The position numbers and the translations under genes were made by a program. Shown here piece by piece: positions 20,838 through 30,730 of a stretch of 64,000 bases of DNA. Origin of the DNA: Candidatus Thorarchaeota archaeon (GTDB lineage Archaea > Asgardarchaeota > Thorarchaeia > Thorarchaeales > Thorarchaeaceae); the NCBI GenBank assembly GCA_020348985.1, contig CP070761.1, positions 1,273,747 to 1,337,746 on the forward strand. Reading direction: 5' to 3'. Under the pieces are notes generated by a model, which saw only the letters and a program-made list of their open reading frames with translations, ran no database searches and had not been told where the DNA came from. Every line of letters starts with the position of its first letter. Within the stretch, counting starts at the first letter, position 1.

Positions 20838-21083
20838 TCATGCTGGCATGTAGATGAACTGCCGCATGTCCTGCAAACAAGGTACGCGCTTGATCAGTTT
20901 CTTCTTCAGCAGTTTTCTAAGTGCGTACCGAACCGTTCTGGGTGCGAATGAGACTTCGTCCAGCAGCTGCTTTGGAGTAACGCCATCTTGACCACTACTC
21001 CTGAGAATATCTAGGACAATCAGCTGACTCTTTGTGAGCTTCAAGTCCTTTAACTCTGCAGCCAGTTCTTCGTCGGACATCAT
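20838..21083 (-). CDS. Small MarR-like winged-helix protein (paralog 2)
   Basis: 54/66 identical to its neighbour over the core; GGTGA RBS before ATG 21083. Confidence 0.85.
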   Translation of the reverse strand: MMSDEELAAELKDLKLTKSQLIVLDILRSSGQDGVTPKQLLDEVSFAPRTVRYALRKLLKKKLIKRVPCLQDMRQFIYMPA

Positions 21084-21113
21084 CTTGTTGTTCACCATTA
21101 AATTGTCAGAAGT

Positions 21114-21157
21114 ACGCACAACCCACGCCGGTTGTGCGTCACACCATTATTGTGACG
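21114..21157. promoter_or_regulatory. Two overlapping inverted repeats upstream of the tandem HTH genes
   Basis: ACGCACAACC-N6-GGTTGTGCGT (21114-21139) and CGTCACA-N7-TGTGACG (21137-21157); minus-strand TATA-like ATTAATAA at about 21165-21172. Confidence 0.55.
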
Positions 21158-21337
21158 TCAACCCTTATTAATCTATCGCAGTACTGTTCACGTTATCGCG
21201 GTCTCTAACCGCGCCATTTTTTCTGCATAATTGGCACATAATCATGCCTGGCGTCCTTGGGACATTGTCTTACGCTAGAGACTTGGTGAATCTGGCAAAC
21301 TCTATATTGAAGTAAGCATCTGAGTGGTTGACAAAGC

Positions 21338-22621
21338 ATGAAGAAGGCAGCCTTGCTCGCCGCTGGTGATTCAACTCGGATGCTGCCACTTTCGGCGAAC
21401 ACTCCCAAGCATCTCCTCCCAGTAGCAGGCAAACCACTCATATTCCATACATTGGAGAGTCTCCGAGGTGCAGGTATTCGGGAGATCCTTGTGATCAATG
21501 GATATCGTGGTGAGGTTCTTCGAGAGACTATTGATAGTCATGATTGGAGCCCGATGGTAATTTCTTACGTTCAGCAGGAAGAACGAAAGGGGACTGCCCA
21601 CGCGGCCGCACTGGCAGAAGATTTTGCAGGGGATGATTCATTCCTTCTCATATATGGAGATGTTATCTCTGGTCCATTCACCTTCGAGGGAATAATCGAT
21701 CGTCATCGTCGTGGAGGCTTCTCATTAACAATCTCAGTGTTTCCTGTTGACAATCCTAGCGATTATGGAGTAGTGAAGGTGGAAGAAGGAGAAGTCACAG
21801 ACTTGATTGAGAAACCTTCGCCCGGGCAAGAAGTCGGGAATCTTGTTAATGCAGGAGTTTTTTGTGCTGAAGCTAGTCTTTGGGATGCAATTGAGAAGAC
21901 CAAGATGTCATCTAGAGGGGAATATGAAATCACAGACTCCTTCCTCAAGATTGTTGAAAGCGAGAAAGTAGGGGCGTTCCAGATCCAAGACTGGTGGGTT
22001 GATGTTGGAAAGCCTTGGGATCTTCTCGAAGTGAACAAAAACCTCATCGATGGACAGAAACGTAACATAGAAGGGGAAGTGGAAGAAGGAGCACAGCTGA
22101 GGGGTAATGTGGTCGTTGAGGAAGGAGCAACTGTACGGAGCGGAGCGTACGCATTGGGCCCAGTCTATGTTAGTGAAGGAGCGGTCGTTGGTCCAAACTG
22201 CTTTCTAAGACCACATACATTTCTCTCAAAGAATGTGAAGATTGGCAATGGTGTTGAGGTGAAGAACTCCATTGTGATGGATGGATCAAGTATCGGTCAT
22301 CTTTCGTATGTCGGCGATTCAGTCATTGGACGCAAGGTGAATTTCGGAGCGGGAACCACTACCGCAAATCTCAGACACGATGACCACACCATTTGGGTGA
22401 CTGTGAAAGGCAAGCGGGAGAACTCAGGCCGCAGAAAGCTTGGCGCTATTGTAGGCGATGATGTAAAATTGGGGATAGGCACCTTGCTCTCACCCGGCGT
22501 GATTGTGCATAATGGGGCCCAGACTGGCATGGGTGTCATTGTGGAGAAAGATATCGAGGCCAATAAGCTGGTTTTGGCCGTTCAGAAGACAAGATCCTTT
22601 AACATGGACACTGGCGAATGA
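21338..22621 (+). CDS. glmU: Bifunctional sugar-1-phosphate nucleotidylyltransferase/acetyltransferase (archaeal GlmU-like)
   Basis: LAAG..TRMLP, PKHLLPV, IEKP, hexapeptide repeats, HLSYVGDS, GRRKLGA. Confidence 0.88.
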   Translation: MKKAALLAAGDSTRMLPLSANTPKHLLPVAGKPLIFHTLESLRGAGIREILVINGYRGEVLRETIDSHDWSPMVISYVQQEERKGTAHAAALAEDFAGDDSFLLIYGDVISGPFTFEGIIDRHRRGGFSLTISVFPVDNPSDYGVVKVEEGEVTDLIEKPSPGQEVGNLVNAGVFCAEASLWDAIEKTKMSSRGEYEITDSFLKIVESEKVGAFQIQDWWVDVGKPWDLLEVNKNLIDGQKRNIEGEVEEGAQLRGNVVVEEGATVRSGAYALGPVYVSEGAVVGPNCFLRPHTFLSKNVKIGNGVEVKNSIVMDGSSIGHLSYVGDSVIGRKVNFGAGTTTANLRHDDHTIWVTVKGKRENSGRRKLGAIVGDDVKLGIGTLLSPGVIVHNGAQTGMGVIVEKDIEANKLVLAVQKTRSFNMDTGE

Positions 22622-22631
22622 GGCCAACCAC

Positions 22632-24158
22632 GTGAGTCCAGCGACCCTTCTCGAGTACAATACTTGTGTGAAGGATGTTAGAGATGTTGACGTACTCTTC
22701 GGCTATTGCTATCCCTCGACTTACAGAGCCGGGATGACAGGTCTGGCCACGCATCTCTTCTACAGCATTCTAAATTCGAGAGAGGATACCTCATGCGAGC
22801 GGTATTTCCGATTCGACGCTCTTTCAGCCAGCAAGTCTGTGGATTCTGGACGACCGCTTAAGGATAACCACATTTTGGGCTTCTCGTTGACCTATGAGGA
22901 GGATGTCCTAAACGCGATTCAGATGCTGGATCTCGGAGCAGTCCCTGTCATCGCCGCCGAACGGGCTAATGATGACCCATTGGTGATCTTTGGAGGTCCT
23001 GCAGCAAGCGCGAACCCAGAACCGTACGTTGACTTCACCGATGCGTTTGTCATAGGAGAAGGAGATTTGGTTATTCATGAGATTATTGAAGCTGTTCGAA
23101 ATTCCAGCTCAAGGAATAGTGCGCTCAGTCTCCTTGGAGAAATCGATGGTGTCTACGTGCCTAGTCTGATTCCAACTCAAGTGGACAGACTTGTCGTTGA
23201 TGACCTTGATTCATTGCATCATCCAACTTCACAAATCATTCCGGATGTGCCTGAGGGATCTCCTCTCGAACCGGTCTTCGGAAAATCATTGCTCGTTGAG
23301 GTTGCCAGGGGTTGTGGTCATTCTTGTGGATTCTGTCTCGTTGGACACGTCTGCAGACCAAGGAGGGTAAGGTCTCTCGAAGTTCTACAGAAGATAATTG
23401 AAAGAGGTGTCTCAGACACGCCCATCAGAAGAGTGTCTCTAATTGCGTCATCTCTTGGAGACAAGGATCGCCTTGAGGATCTTGCTGATTGGATTGTAGG
23501 TCAGGATCTGGGTCTATCTGTTCCATCGTTGAGAGCAGACTCGGTGACGGAGAACCTTTTGAAGTCACTGGTGACTAGCGGACAAAGGACATTGACAATT
23601 GCACCTGAAACTGGCTCACAAGAACTGAGAAAGATGATTGGAAAAGGGTTGGATGACAGTGCAATTGAAAATGCAGTCAGTTTAGCGGCAGAAACTGGAT
23701 ACAAGGCTGTGAAGCTGTATTTCATTATCGGGCTTCCAAAGGAGACAGATGAGCATGTTGAGTCAATTGTGAGAATGGTGAAGAGACTGGCGGATCTTTC
23801 CGGGCTGCGTATAACTGCAAGTGTGAATCCATACATTCCCAAAGCTCATACCAGATGGGAGAGGGAAGCTCAACCGCCGATTGATTCTCTGAGAAAGAAA
23901 CTGAGAATTATCAAAGCAGGTCTCAGGAACGTGCCCAAAGTACGATTAGAGCATCTAGATTTGCGCAATTCGCGCATTCAGGCCGCACTTTCTGTAGGGG
24001 ATCGTTCCCTCGGACGTGTAATCAGACTTGCTTCAGAGTATGGCGGGCTTTCGGGGTGGAGGAGAGGTGAAAAGGAAACAGGAATTCCGCTGTTTTCTGT
24101 AGCTAGTGATAGCGAGCGACTGAAAGGAGACCTACCGTGGTCCTTCATCAGAATCTAG
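22632..24158 (+). CDS. Radical SAM protein with B12-binding-like N-terminus
   Basis: YPSTYRAGM, GGP...NPEP, RGCGHSCGFC (CxxxCxxC), TIAPETGS, IPKAHT; start uncertain. Confidence 0.85.
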   Translation: MSPATLLEYNTCVKDVRDVDVLFGYCYPSTYRAGMTGLATHLFYSILNSREDTSCERYFRFDALSASKSVDSGRPLKDNHILGFSLTYEEDVLNAIQMLDLGAVPVIAAERANDDPLVIFGGPAASANPEPYVDFTDAFVIGEGDLVIHEIIEAVRNSSSRNSALSLLGEIDGVYVPSLIPTQVDRLVVDDLDSLHHPTSQIIPDVPEGSPLEPVFGKSLLVEVARGCGHSCGFCLVGHVCRPRRVRSLEVLQKIIERGVSDTPIRRVSLIASSLGDKDRLEDLADWIVGQDLGLSVPSLRADSVTENLLKSLVTSGQRTLTIAPETGSQELRKMIGKGLDDSAIENAVSLAAETGYKAVKLYFIIGLPKETDEHVESIVRMVKRLADLSGLRITASVNPYIPKAHTRWEREAQPPIDSLRKKLRIIKAGLRNVPKVRLEHLDLRNSRIQAALSVGDRSLGRVIRLASEYGGLSGWRRGEKETGIPLFSVASDSERLKGDLPWSFIRI

Positions 24159-24254
24159 GTTGGCCATCAGCCCTAAGATTATAAGCGGTATTTTCGGACA
24201 TATCATTGTGTAAGGCCTAGACTAGCTTCGGCAATGTCGGTTTGGTGTGAATCG

Positions 24255-24593
24255 ATGTCCGATGACGAGTTCAGGGAGGACTTTCCCGCTCTATCCGAAG
24301 AAATAGAGACTGGAGGAACACAGAAGCACAGAATTGATGGAGTCCGCGTTATGTCCGAAGACGAACCTGAGCCTGCTGTGGTTCATTTCACTCCTGGTGT
24401 CATCGACTACATTCGAAGATGTGACACTAGCGAACAAGCCATTGAGATAGTTGAGTATTTGCTCAAGCGAGGAGAACTCAGCCAAAAAGAAGCCAATGCC
24501 ATTAAGGTTCAGCTGAGATCAGACGGTATCAGAAGCTTCGGCGCAAAAAAGGAAAGAGATCATTATCTGCACCATGGTCTAGATTCAGACTAG
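24255..24593 (+). CDS. DUF2095 family protein
   Basis: FP.L..E, P.VIDYIRRCDT.E.A.EI..YL, GIRSFG.KKE...Y. Confidence 0.8.
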   Translation: MSDDEFREDFPALSEEIETGGTQKHRIDGVRVMSEDEPEPAVVHFTPGVIDYIRRCDTSEQAIEIVEYLLKRGELSQKEANAIKVQLRSDGIRSFGAKKERDHYLHHGLDSD

Positions 24594-24632
24594 AATCTCC
24601 ATCGGGACAGACACTTTTCGGAATTTCTATGA

Positions 24633-24709
24633 GTTCATATGATGTGCCCGTCCACATAGTATTGATACTCATGCAAAAAGAGTCGATGATGGGAATCGTT
24701 ACTGAGAAC
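24633..24709 (+). ncRNA. Candidate box C/D sRNA
   Basis: GTTC/GAAC terminal stem, C ATGATGT 24639, D' TTGA 24662, C' ATGATGG 24686, D CTGA 24702; intergenic; target not established. Confidence 0.4.
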
Positions 24710-25109
24710 CACATGCTCGATTGTGCCGGGTTGTAATAAGCATGTGAACTGACTCGATGACAAGAAGGGGGGGTAGAATGGGAGAATCACGGAATGACTA
24801 AAGATACGCCGAAGTAGGTAGAGAAATCTCGGGTAGCCTTTCAAGCTGCGACATGATGGATTGGCAGTCTTCGTGTAGATCATTTGCCTCGATTCACTAC
24901 GCCCGCGAAAACCGCAGAGATTGGTTTGAAAAACATCAGTCTAATGTAGATGTGGCCTGAGAGCTCGTTGATTTCGTGGAGAGCTGGATCAGGCAACTAC
25001 GTGGGGGCATACTGAGGAAATCGAGTGCTGCCAATGTACATTTCTCTAGTCCGACAAGACAAACTGGGAAGCTTCTCTAGCCAATGTCATGACTGAAAGG
25101 TTTCTAGAA

Positions 25110-26522
25110 TCATCTTGGCTTGTAGGCACCACGATCTTTTGCCCATGAGATCGTTGATGGATCACATCTCTTCAGTTCTCTGTCAGGAAAGTCGCTAAGC
25201 AGATTCCATCCAATATCCAGGGTCTGTTCAAATGAACGGTCCTCATACTCGCCCTGATTAATGAACTCTCCCTCGAACTTGTCTGCAAACTTCAAGTACT
25301 TCTGATCACGTTCTGTAAGAGCTTCTGATCCGACCACAGCCACCAGATCTCTAAGATCTCGCCCTTCCGAATAAGCATAATAGAGCTGTGCTTGGACCTC
25401 TTTGTGATCGAATCGTGTCATTCCCTCTCCAATTCCTTCCTTCATAAGACGACTGAGCGAAGGACCTGGATCAATTGGCGGGTAGATACCCCTTCTGTGA
25501 AGCCCTCTGCCAACGATCATCTGTCCCTCTGTAATGTAGCCAGACAAGTCAGGAATTGGATGAGTCATATCATCCTGCGGCATTGAAAGAATAGGCATCT
25601 GAGTGATGGTACCCCTTCTGCCATGGATTCTTCCCGCCCGCTCATAGATAAGACTGAGGTCTGTATAGAGATAACCAGGATATCCACGTCTGCCAGGCAC
25701 CTCCGATCTTGCTGCACTAATCTCGCGGAGTGCTTCTGCATAGTTTGTCATATCAGTGAGGATGACCAGGACGTGCATCTCCGATTCGTACGCAAGATAT
25801 TCAGCCGCAGTAAGTGCTGCCCTTGGGGTGATGATTCGTTCAATGGCGGGATCATTTGCTAGATTCAGGAACAGTGCAGTGTGTTCTAGGGCTCCAGTTT
25901 CTTCAAACGAATTCATGAAGTACTGAGCTTCTGTTGCAGTGATACCCATTGCTGCGAATACGATTGCGAAGTCACCCTCCTCACCAGGAATCTTTGCTTG
26001 ACGTACAATCTGTGCAGCAATCCTGTTGTGGGGCAAACCGGAACCAGAGAATATCGGAAGCTTCTGTCCTCGGACAAGAGTGTTGAGACCGTCAATCACT
26101 GAGAGGCCGGTTTGAATTGGCTGCCGCGGATACTGTCTGGCATACGGATTGATGGGAGACCCATAGATATCCCAATGATCCTCAGCGGTCAGCGGGGGGC
26201 CTTTATCGAGTGGTTGTCCAGAGCCGTCAAGTACTCTCCCCAGGATTTCTGTCGACACAGGGAGCTTTAGGGTTTCTCCAGTGAATCGGACCGCAGTAAG
26301 GTCTGTGTCAAGTCCACGGGTGCCTTCAAAAACCTGAATGACTGCCCTGCCTCGTCCCGTTTCCAGAACGGTACCTGTCATCAACTCACCAGATGGTGCT
26401 CGTATCTTGACGACCTCGTTGTATGATACGTTGTGTGTGTTCTCAACAATGAGTAGTGGACCACTCACATCACTGACGGTTCGGTAGACGATTGACGATT
26501 CTTTGCTCATCTTTTGGACCAC
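25110..26522 (-). CDS. atpB: A/V-type ATP synthase subunit B
   Basis: [41 protein letters not shown]. Confidence 0.97.
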   Translation of the reverse strand: MVQKMSKESSIVYRTVSDVSGPLLIVENTHNVSYNEVVKIRAPSGELMTGTVLETGRGRAVIQVFEGTRGLDTDLTAVRFTGETLKLPVSTEILGRVLDGSGQPLDKGPPLTAEDHWDIYGSPINPYARQYPRQPIQTGLSVIDGLNTLVRGQKLPIFSGSGLPHNRIAAQIVRQAKIPGEEGDFAIVFAAMGITATEAQYFMNSFEETGALEHTALFLNLANDPAIERIITPRAALTAAEYLAYESEMHVLVILTDMTNYAEALREISAARSEVPGRRGYPGYLYTDLSLIYERAGRIHGRRGTITQMPILSMPQDDMTHPIPDLSGYITEGQMIVGRGLHRRGIYPPIDPGPSLSRLMKEGIGEGMTRFDHKEVQAQLYYAYSEGRDLRDLVAVVGSEALTERDQKYLKFADKFEGEFINQGEYEDRSFEQTLDIGWNLLSDFPDRELKRCDPSTISWAKDRGAYKPR

Positions 26523-26601
26523 CCAGATCTCTATGTCTGTCCCGTTTTCCGCACGTTAGACCCCCCTGTTAAAAGAGTTGCGAACTGTTGCACGTCCGCT
26601 A

Positions 26602-27138
26602 TCATATCCAAGGGGTCACACTGAAGAAGAAGAGAACTGGAGTAAGCATCAGCGCACGGACAATCAGAGAATGCCCCTTCGATTTGAGCTCGTTTGATGA
26701 AGGAACGAAGTATAGAATCGACCCTGCTAGAAGCCCAATTGCCACGGTTAGGTTGCCGAGGGTTATCAGCACATGGATCAGCGTTGAATCTGAAAGACCA
26801 ACTAGACTGATCCAAGAGTTTCTTGCGCTTGAAGGTGATGGTATCTCCACTCCCGCAATAGCAGCGAACATGTTTGTAATGTAGGGTCCAAAGAAGAAGA
26901 TGAAAACTCCAATGCCGACAAGCGTTTTTGCAAGGCCATCAAAGACACCAGTCACGAAAATCATGAACCCGAGTAGTACAAAAATCAGGTAACCGCGAAT
27001 CGTCAATGCAAGGAAGACGTTCACGATATTTTGCATAGCCTCAAGCCAGAACGGCGGCTGGACTTCTTCGAATGGCAACTGGAGGAGTTGTGCCCACTGC
27101 ATTGAACCAAAGAGGGCAATCACATGATTGAGTTTCAA
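26602..27138 (-). CDS. Membrane protein with two TM-hairpin units (TrbC/VirB2-pilin-like, tentative)
   Basis: Four hydrophobic segments arranged as two similar hairpins. Confidence 0.6.
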   Translation of the reverse strand: MKLNHVIALFGSMQWAQLLQLPFEEVQPPFWLEAMQNIVNVFLALTIRGYLIFVLLGFMIFVTGVFDGLAKTLVGIGVFIFFFGPYITNMFAAIAGVEIPSPSSARNSWISLVGLSDSTLIHVLITLGNLTVAIGLLAGSILYFVPSSNELKSKGHSLIVRALMLTPVLFFFSVTPWI

Positions 27139-27147
27139 TCATCCAAT

Positions 27148-27720
27148 TTAACCGCCCCTCATCTCAAGCTCCCTTCTCAGCAGTTCGAAGTCAGACTTCA
27201 TGACATCCAGGATGCGTGGAAACCTCATGGCTGCTGCTGGATGGTAAGTCATGAAGAAAGTATGGTTGTTCGTTTCGTGTAATTCGCCATGACACTCTGA
27301 GAGCTTCATATTACCTGCCAGAGATTTGATTGCCACTCCGCCTAACAGGACTATCATAGTTGGGTCTATGAGGTTAAGCTGGCGATAGAGATAAGGCAGG
27401 CATGCGTTGATTTCTGACGCCCTTGGAGCTCGGTTCCTAGGAGGTCTTGACTTCAGTATTGAAGTGATGAAGACCTCGTCTCTGTCCAAACCTACATCCT
27501 TGAGCAACGAAGCCAGAAGCTCTCCTGACTTGCCAACAAATGGCCGCCCCGTCTCATCTTCCTTTGCACCTGGGGCCTCTCCCACGAGAACTACTCTTGC
27601 GTTTACAGGACCTTCGCCGGGGACCGCGTTGAGTCTTGTTCTAGACAACGGGCATTTGGTGCATGCGTGAATTTCGCGATTAAGAGATTCAAGTAGATCT
27701 TCTAGAGTCATTTCGTACAC
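27148..27720 (-). CDS. udg: Family 4 uracil-DNA glycosylase
   Basis: CTKC.L, GEAPG..ED..GRPFVG, TYHPAA. Confidence 0.93.
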   Translation of the reverse strand: MYEMTLEDLLESLNREIHACTKCPLSRTRLNAVPGEGPVNARVVLVGEAPGAKEDETGRPFVGKSGELLASLLKDVGLDRDEVFITSILKSRPPRNRAPRASEINACLPYLYRQLNLIDPTMIVLLGGVAIKSLAGNMKLSECHGELHETNNHTFFMTYHPAAAMRFPRILDVMKSDFELLRRELEMRGG

Positions 27721-27773
27721 TATTCACTCGTACGAGGCCATAAGCACAACGATTTGATATGTTTCAGAGTGAT

Positions 27774-29597
27774 CTATTGTACCACGCCAGGTGTCATAAC
27801 ACTGGACCCATCTGGCTCAGCAGACAGAGACTGGAACTCTCGTGCCATCTTCTTTTCGATTGCATCCATTGTCTTCTCGTATGAGTCCCATGGCGTGATC
27901 TTCATTCGCGCTATGTTGTCAAGAACGCTAAACTCCAGGATCCTTCTAACACCTACACCCGTCTCGACCGCCTTTGACATTTGCTTGGCGAAGTTCACAA
28001 TTATCTTTAGCATTCGATAGGTTTTGCCGACAGGACAGAAAGTGTCAATCTCGTGGAGTGCACTTTGTGTCAGAAAGTCCTCCTTTATCATCCGAGCAGC
28101 TTCAAGGATGGCCCTCTCAGATTCAGGTAGCGCATCAGGACCAACTAGCTGAACTATCTCTCTCAGTTCTTGGTCCTTCTGCAGGAGTGCCATAGCTTCT
28201 GTAACGAGTTCTGGCCAGTCTTCGCCCAGGTGCTCTCGATGCCATCTCTCGAGGGTTTGATGATATAACGAGTAACTTGTCAACGTGTTGATTGCCGGGA
28301 AGAAACGGCGCGCAGCAAGGTCCTTGTCAAGCGCCCAGAATACCTTGACAATCCTAAGAGTTGCTTGGGTCACTGGCTCTGAAAAGTCACCACCTGGAGG
28401 CGAGACTGCTCCGCAGAGCGTGATAGAACCAAGTCTCTCCTCAGAAGCCAGTGTCTTGACTCGCCCTCCGCGTTCATAGAACTGGGCTAGTCTTGAACCA
28501 AGATAAGCTGGATATCCTTCCTCGGAAGGCAATTGGCCAAGTCGGCCTGAAATCTCACGCAGAGCTTCAGCCCATCTTGATGTCGAATCGGCCATGAGGG
28601 CAACGTCAAAGCCCTGGTCCCTGAAGTATTCAGCAATTGTGACAGCTACATAGATTGAGGCTTCGCGAGCTGCTACAGGCATGTTCGACGTGTTCGCGAT
28701 CAGGACTGTCCGTTCCATCAGCGGGCGACCGCTCTTGGGGTCCTTTAGGTCAGGCCACTCTTCTAGGGCCTCAGTCATCTCGTTGCCCCTTTCTCCACAT
28801 CCAACGTATACGACAACTTGTGCATCTGCCCATTTCGCGAACTGATGAAGTGTCACAGTCTTGCCGGTACCAAAGCCTCCTGGGATTGCACCAGTTCCTC
28901 CCTTTGCCTGCGGCATGAAGGTGTCGATGACTCTTTGTCCTGTCACCAAGGGGGTATCCATTCCTACACGGTCTTTGAAAGGACGCCCTACACGGACCGG
29001 AGTTCTCTGCATCATTCTGACTTCATGAACGTCACCGTGATCATCTTTGACTTTGCAGATTGTCTCAACTACTGTGTAGTCACCCTTTGAAACTATCTCA
29101 ACAATCTCTCCTTTAACGCCTGCTGGGACAAGGATCCTCGAAGTGATGATGCCTGTTTCAGGGATCTCCCCAAGAATGTCGCCTGCTTCAACTCTGTCAC
29201 CTGCTTTCACACTGGGAGTGAATTTCCACTTTTTCTCCTTGTCAAGCCCCTCAACAGTCAGGCCCCTCGTGATGAAATCGCCAGACAACTCACGTAGATC
29301 AGGAAGTGGTCTCTGGATACCATCATAGATTGAACCAAGCAGACCAGGTCCAAGCTCTACTGAGAGTGTGTCACCAGTAGCCACGACAGGCTCGCCTGGT
29401 GCTAGACCTGATGTTTCTTCATAGACCTGCACCGTGCAGGATTTCTCGGCAACTTCGATTACCTCTCCAATGAGCTGCTCATGTCCAACGCGGACAACCT
29501 CATACATCCTTACGGACGGTAGACCGCCACACTTCACAACAGGTCCTGAGATACTCTGGATTCTTCCTGTTTCTTCTGTCATCTGTGATTTCTCCAT
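27774..29597 (-). CDS. atpA: A/V-type ATP synthase subunit A
   Basis: [34 protein letters not shown]; no intein. Confidence 0.97.
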   Translation of the reverse strand: MEKSQMTEETGRIQSISGPVVKCGGLPSVRMYEVVRVGHEQLIGEVIEVAEKSCTVQVYEETSGLAPGEPVVATGDTLSVELGPGLLGSIYDGIQRPLPDLRELSGDFITRGLTVEGLDKEKKWKFTPSVKAGDRVEAGDILGEIPETGIITSRILVPAGVKGEIVEIVSKGDYTVVETICKVKDDHGDVHEVRMMQRTPVRVGRPFKDRVGMDTPLVTGQRVIDTFMPQAKGGTGAIPGGFGTGKTVTLHQFAKWADAQVVVYVGCGERGNEMTEALEEWPDLKDPKSGRPLMERTVLIANTSNMPVAAREASIYVAVTIAEYFRDQGFDVALMADSTSRWAEALREISGRLGQLPSEEGYPAYLGSRLAQFYERGGRVKTLASEERLGSITLCGAVSPPGGDFSEPVTQATLRIVKVFWALDKDLAARRFFPAINTLTSYSLYHQTLERWHREHLGEDWPELVTEAMALLQKDQELREIVQLVGPDALPESERAILEAARMIKEDFLTQSALHEIDTFCPVGKTYRMLKIIVNFAKQMSKAVETGVGVRRILEFSVLDNIARMKITPWDSYEKTMDAIEKKMAREFQSLSAEPDGSSVMTPGVVQ

Positions 29598-29608
29598 CTT
29601 CTTAGGGT

Positions 29609-29932
29609 CTAGATAGTGATGTCGATACCAACTGCCCTTCGTATTAGCTCCTTGAGAATTGTCTCGTAGGCACCTGTGGTTCCACGTCGGTCTGGGATCA
29701 GAAGAATAACGGGCACAGGTGCCTCTGAGAGCTCCATGATCGTGTCTTCTACCTCTTTGGCGAAAGGTTCAGTGATTAGAATGAGACCAATCCCGGGATC
29801 TCTGAAATACTCAAGCAGAAAGGACCGTGTTTCCTCGGGGGACTCTGGGACCGAGCATTCTTGAACTCCCACCATACGAAATCCCGTGACTGTGTCCCTG
29901 TCACCAATCGCGGCAATCTTTTCGCTTGTCAT
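29609..29932 (-). CDS. atpF: A/V-type ATP synthase subunit F
   Basis: IGDRDTVTGFRMVG, LIRRAVGIDI. Confidence 0.92.
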   Translation of the reverse strand: MTSEKIAAIGDRDTVTGFRMVGVQECSVPESPEETRSFLLEYFRDPGIGLILITEPFAKEVEDTIMELSEAPVPVILLIPDRRGTTGAYETILKELIRRAVGIDITI

Positions 29933-30084
29933 ATAGGAGTCCCCATTGAGGTCAGGTTTCGCTCTGGGGAGAAACGGTCCACTAAAAAGCGTTTTCGAAT
30001 CGCCCAGAATAGTCTAGCCGAGAAATCCGTGCAACAGGCATTAGGCCCGTCGAGCTTGGTAGTGTGTAATAAGAGTGTGAAGGA

Positions 30085-30579
30085 CTAGGCGCAGAACTGG
30101 GTGATGATTTCTTCTTCTTCCACTAGGTTCCAGCAGTAGAGACATTTCAGAGTTATCGGCTGTCGTGACACCACCTCATACTTTGCTCGAATCGGTTCGC
30201 GTTCCTTGTTGGTGACACATCTCAGATTCGTACATTGTACAACGTCTGAAATTGTGTCTGGGAGTTCTACTCTTGTCTTGTCAACCACAATATAGTCTTC
30301 AATGAGGTTTATCGTGGCTTCAGGAGCCACCAATGCAATCCTTGCCACTTCAGAGGCTTTGAGGATTCTATCTTCAATCTTCACTATGTCCTTGTGTCCT
30401 ACTCGCGATGAGCTAATGTTCATGGCGAGAGTCACTATGTTACCTTCTTGTCCAGTGATTCCCAAAATCTGTAGAACATCCAATGCGTGCCCTGCGCGAA
30501 TATGGTCAATCACAGTGCCGTCTTTAATCTTGACGATCCGAATCTTGCTCGTAGCGTCTTTCTCCTGCATTTCTTTCAC
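30085..30579 (-). CDS. pyrI: Aspartate carbamoyltransferase regulatory subunit
   Basis: IKDGTVIDHI, KDIVKIE, CTNLRCVT...CLYC. Confidence 0.95.
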   Translation of the reverse strand: MKEMQEKDATSKIRIVKIKDGTVIDHIRAGHALDVLQILGITGQEGNIVTLAMNISSSRVGHKDIVKIEDRILKASEVARIALVAPEATINLIEDYIVVDKTRVELPDTISDVVQCTNLRCVTNKEREPIRAKYEVVSRQPITLKCLYCWNLVEEEEIITQFCA

Positions 30580-30730
30580 TCGGCTGTGAGTTGAAAGATG
30601 ACCACTCGATTTAGCCCTTACTATGAAGCGCGTCAGCTCACATGGCTAAATCTGTGGAAACGAATCTGATTGTAGGAGAAGCTTGATATGGATAACTTTC
30701 AGAGGGCTCGGCAGAGATTGGTGAAGAGTT

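Noticed and set aside
24635-24883. 82-aa minus-strand ORF in the gap after atpB
   Set aside because: No RBS or motif, atypical composition; overlaps the candidate C/D RNA.
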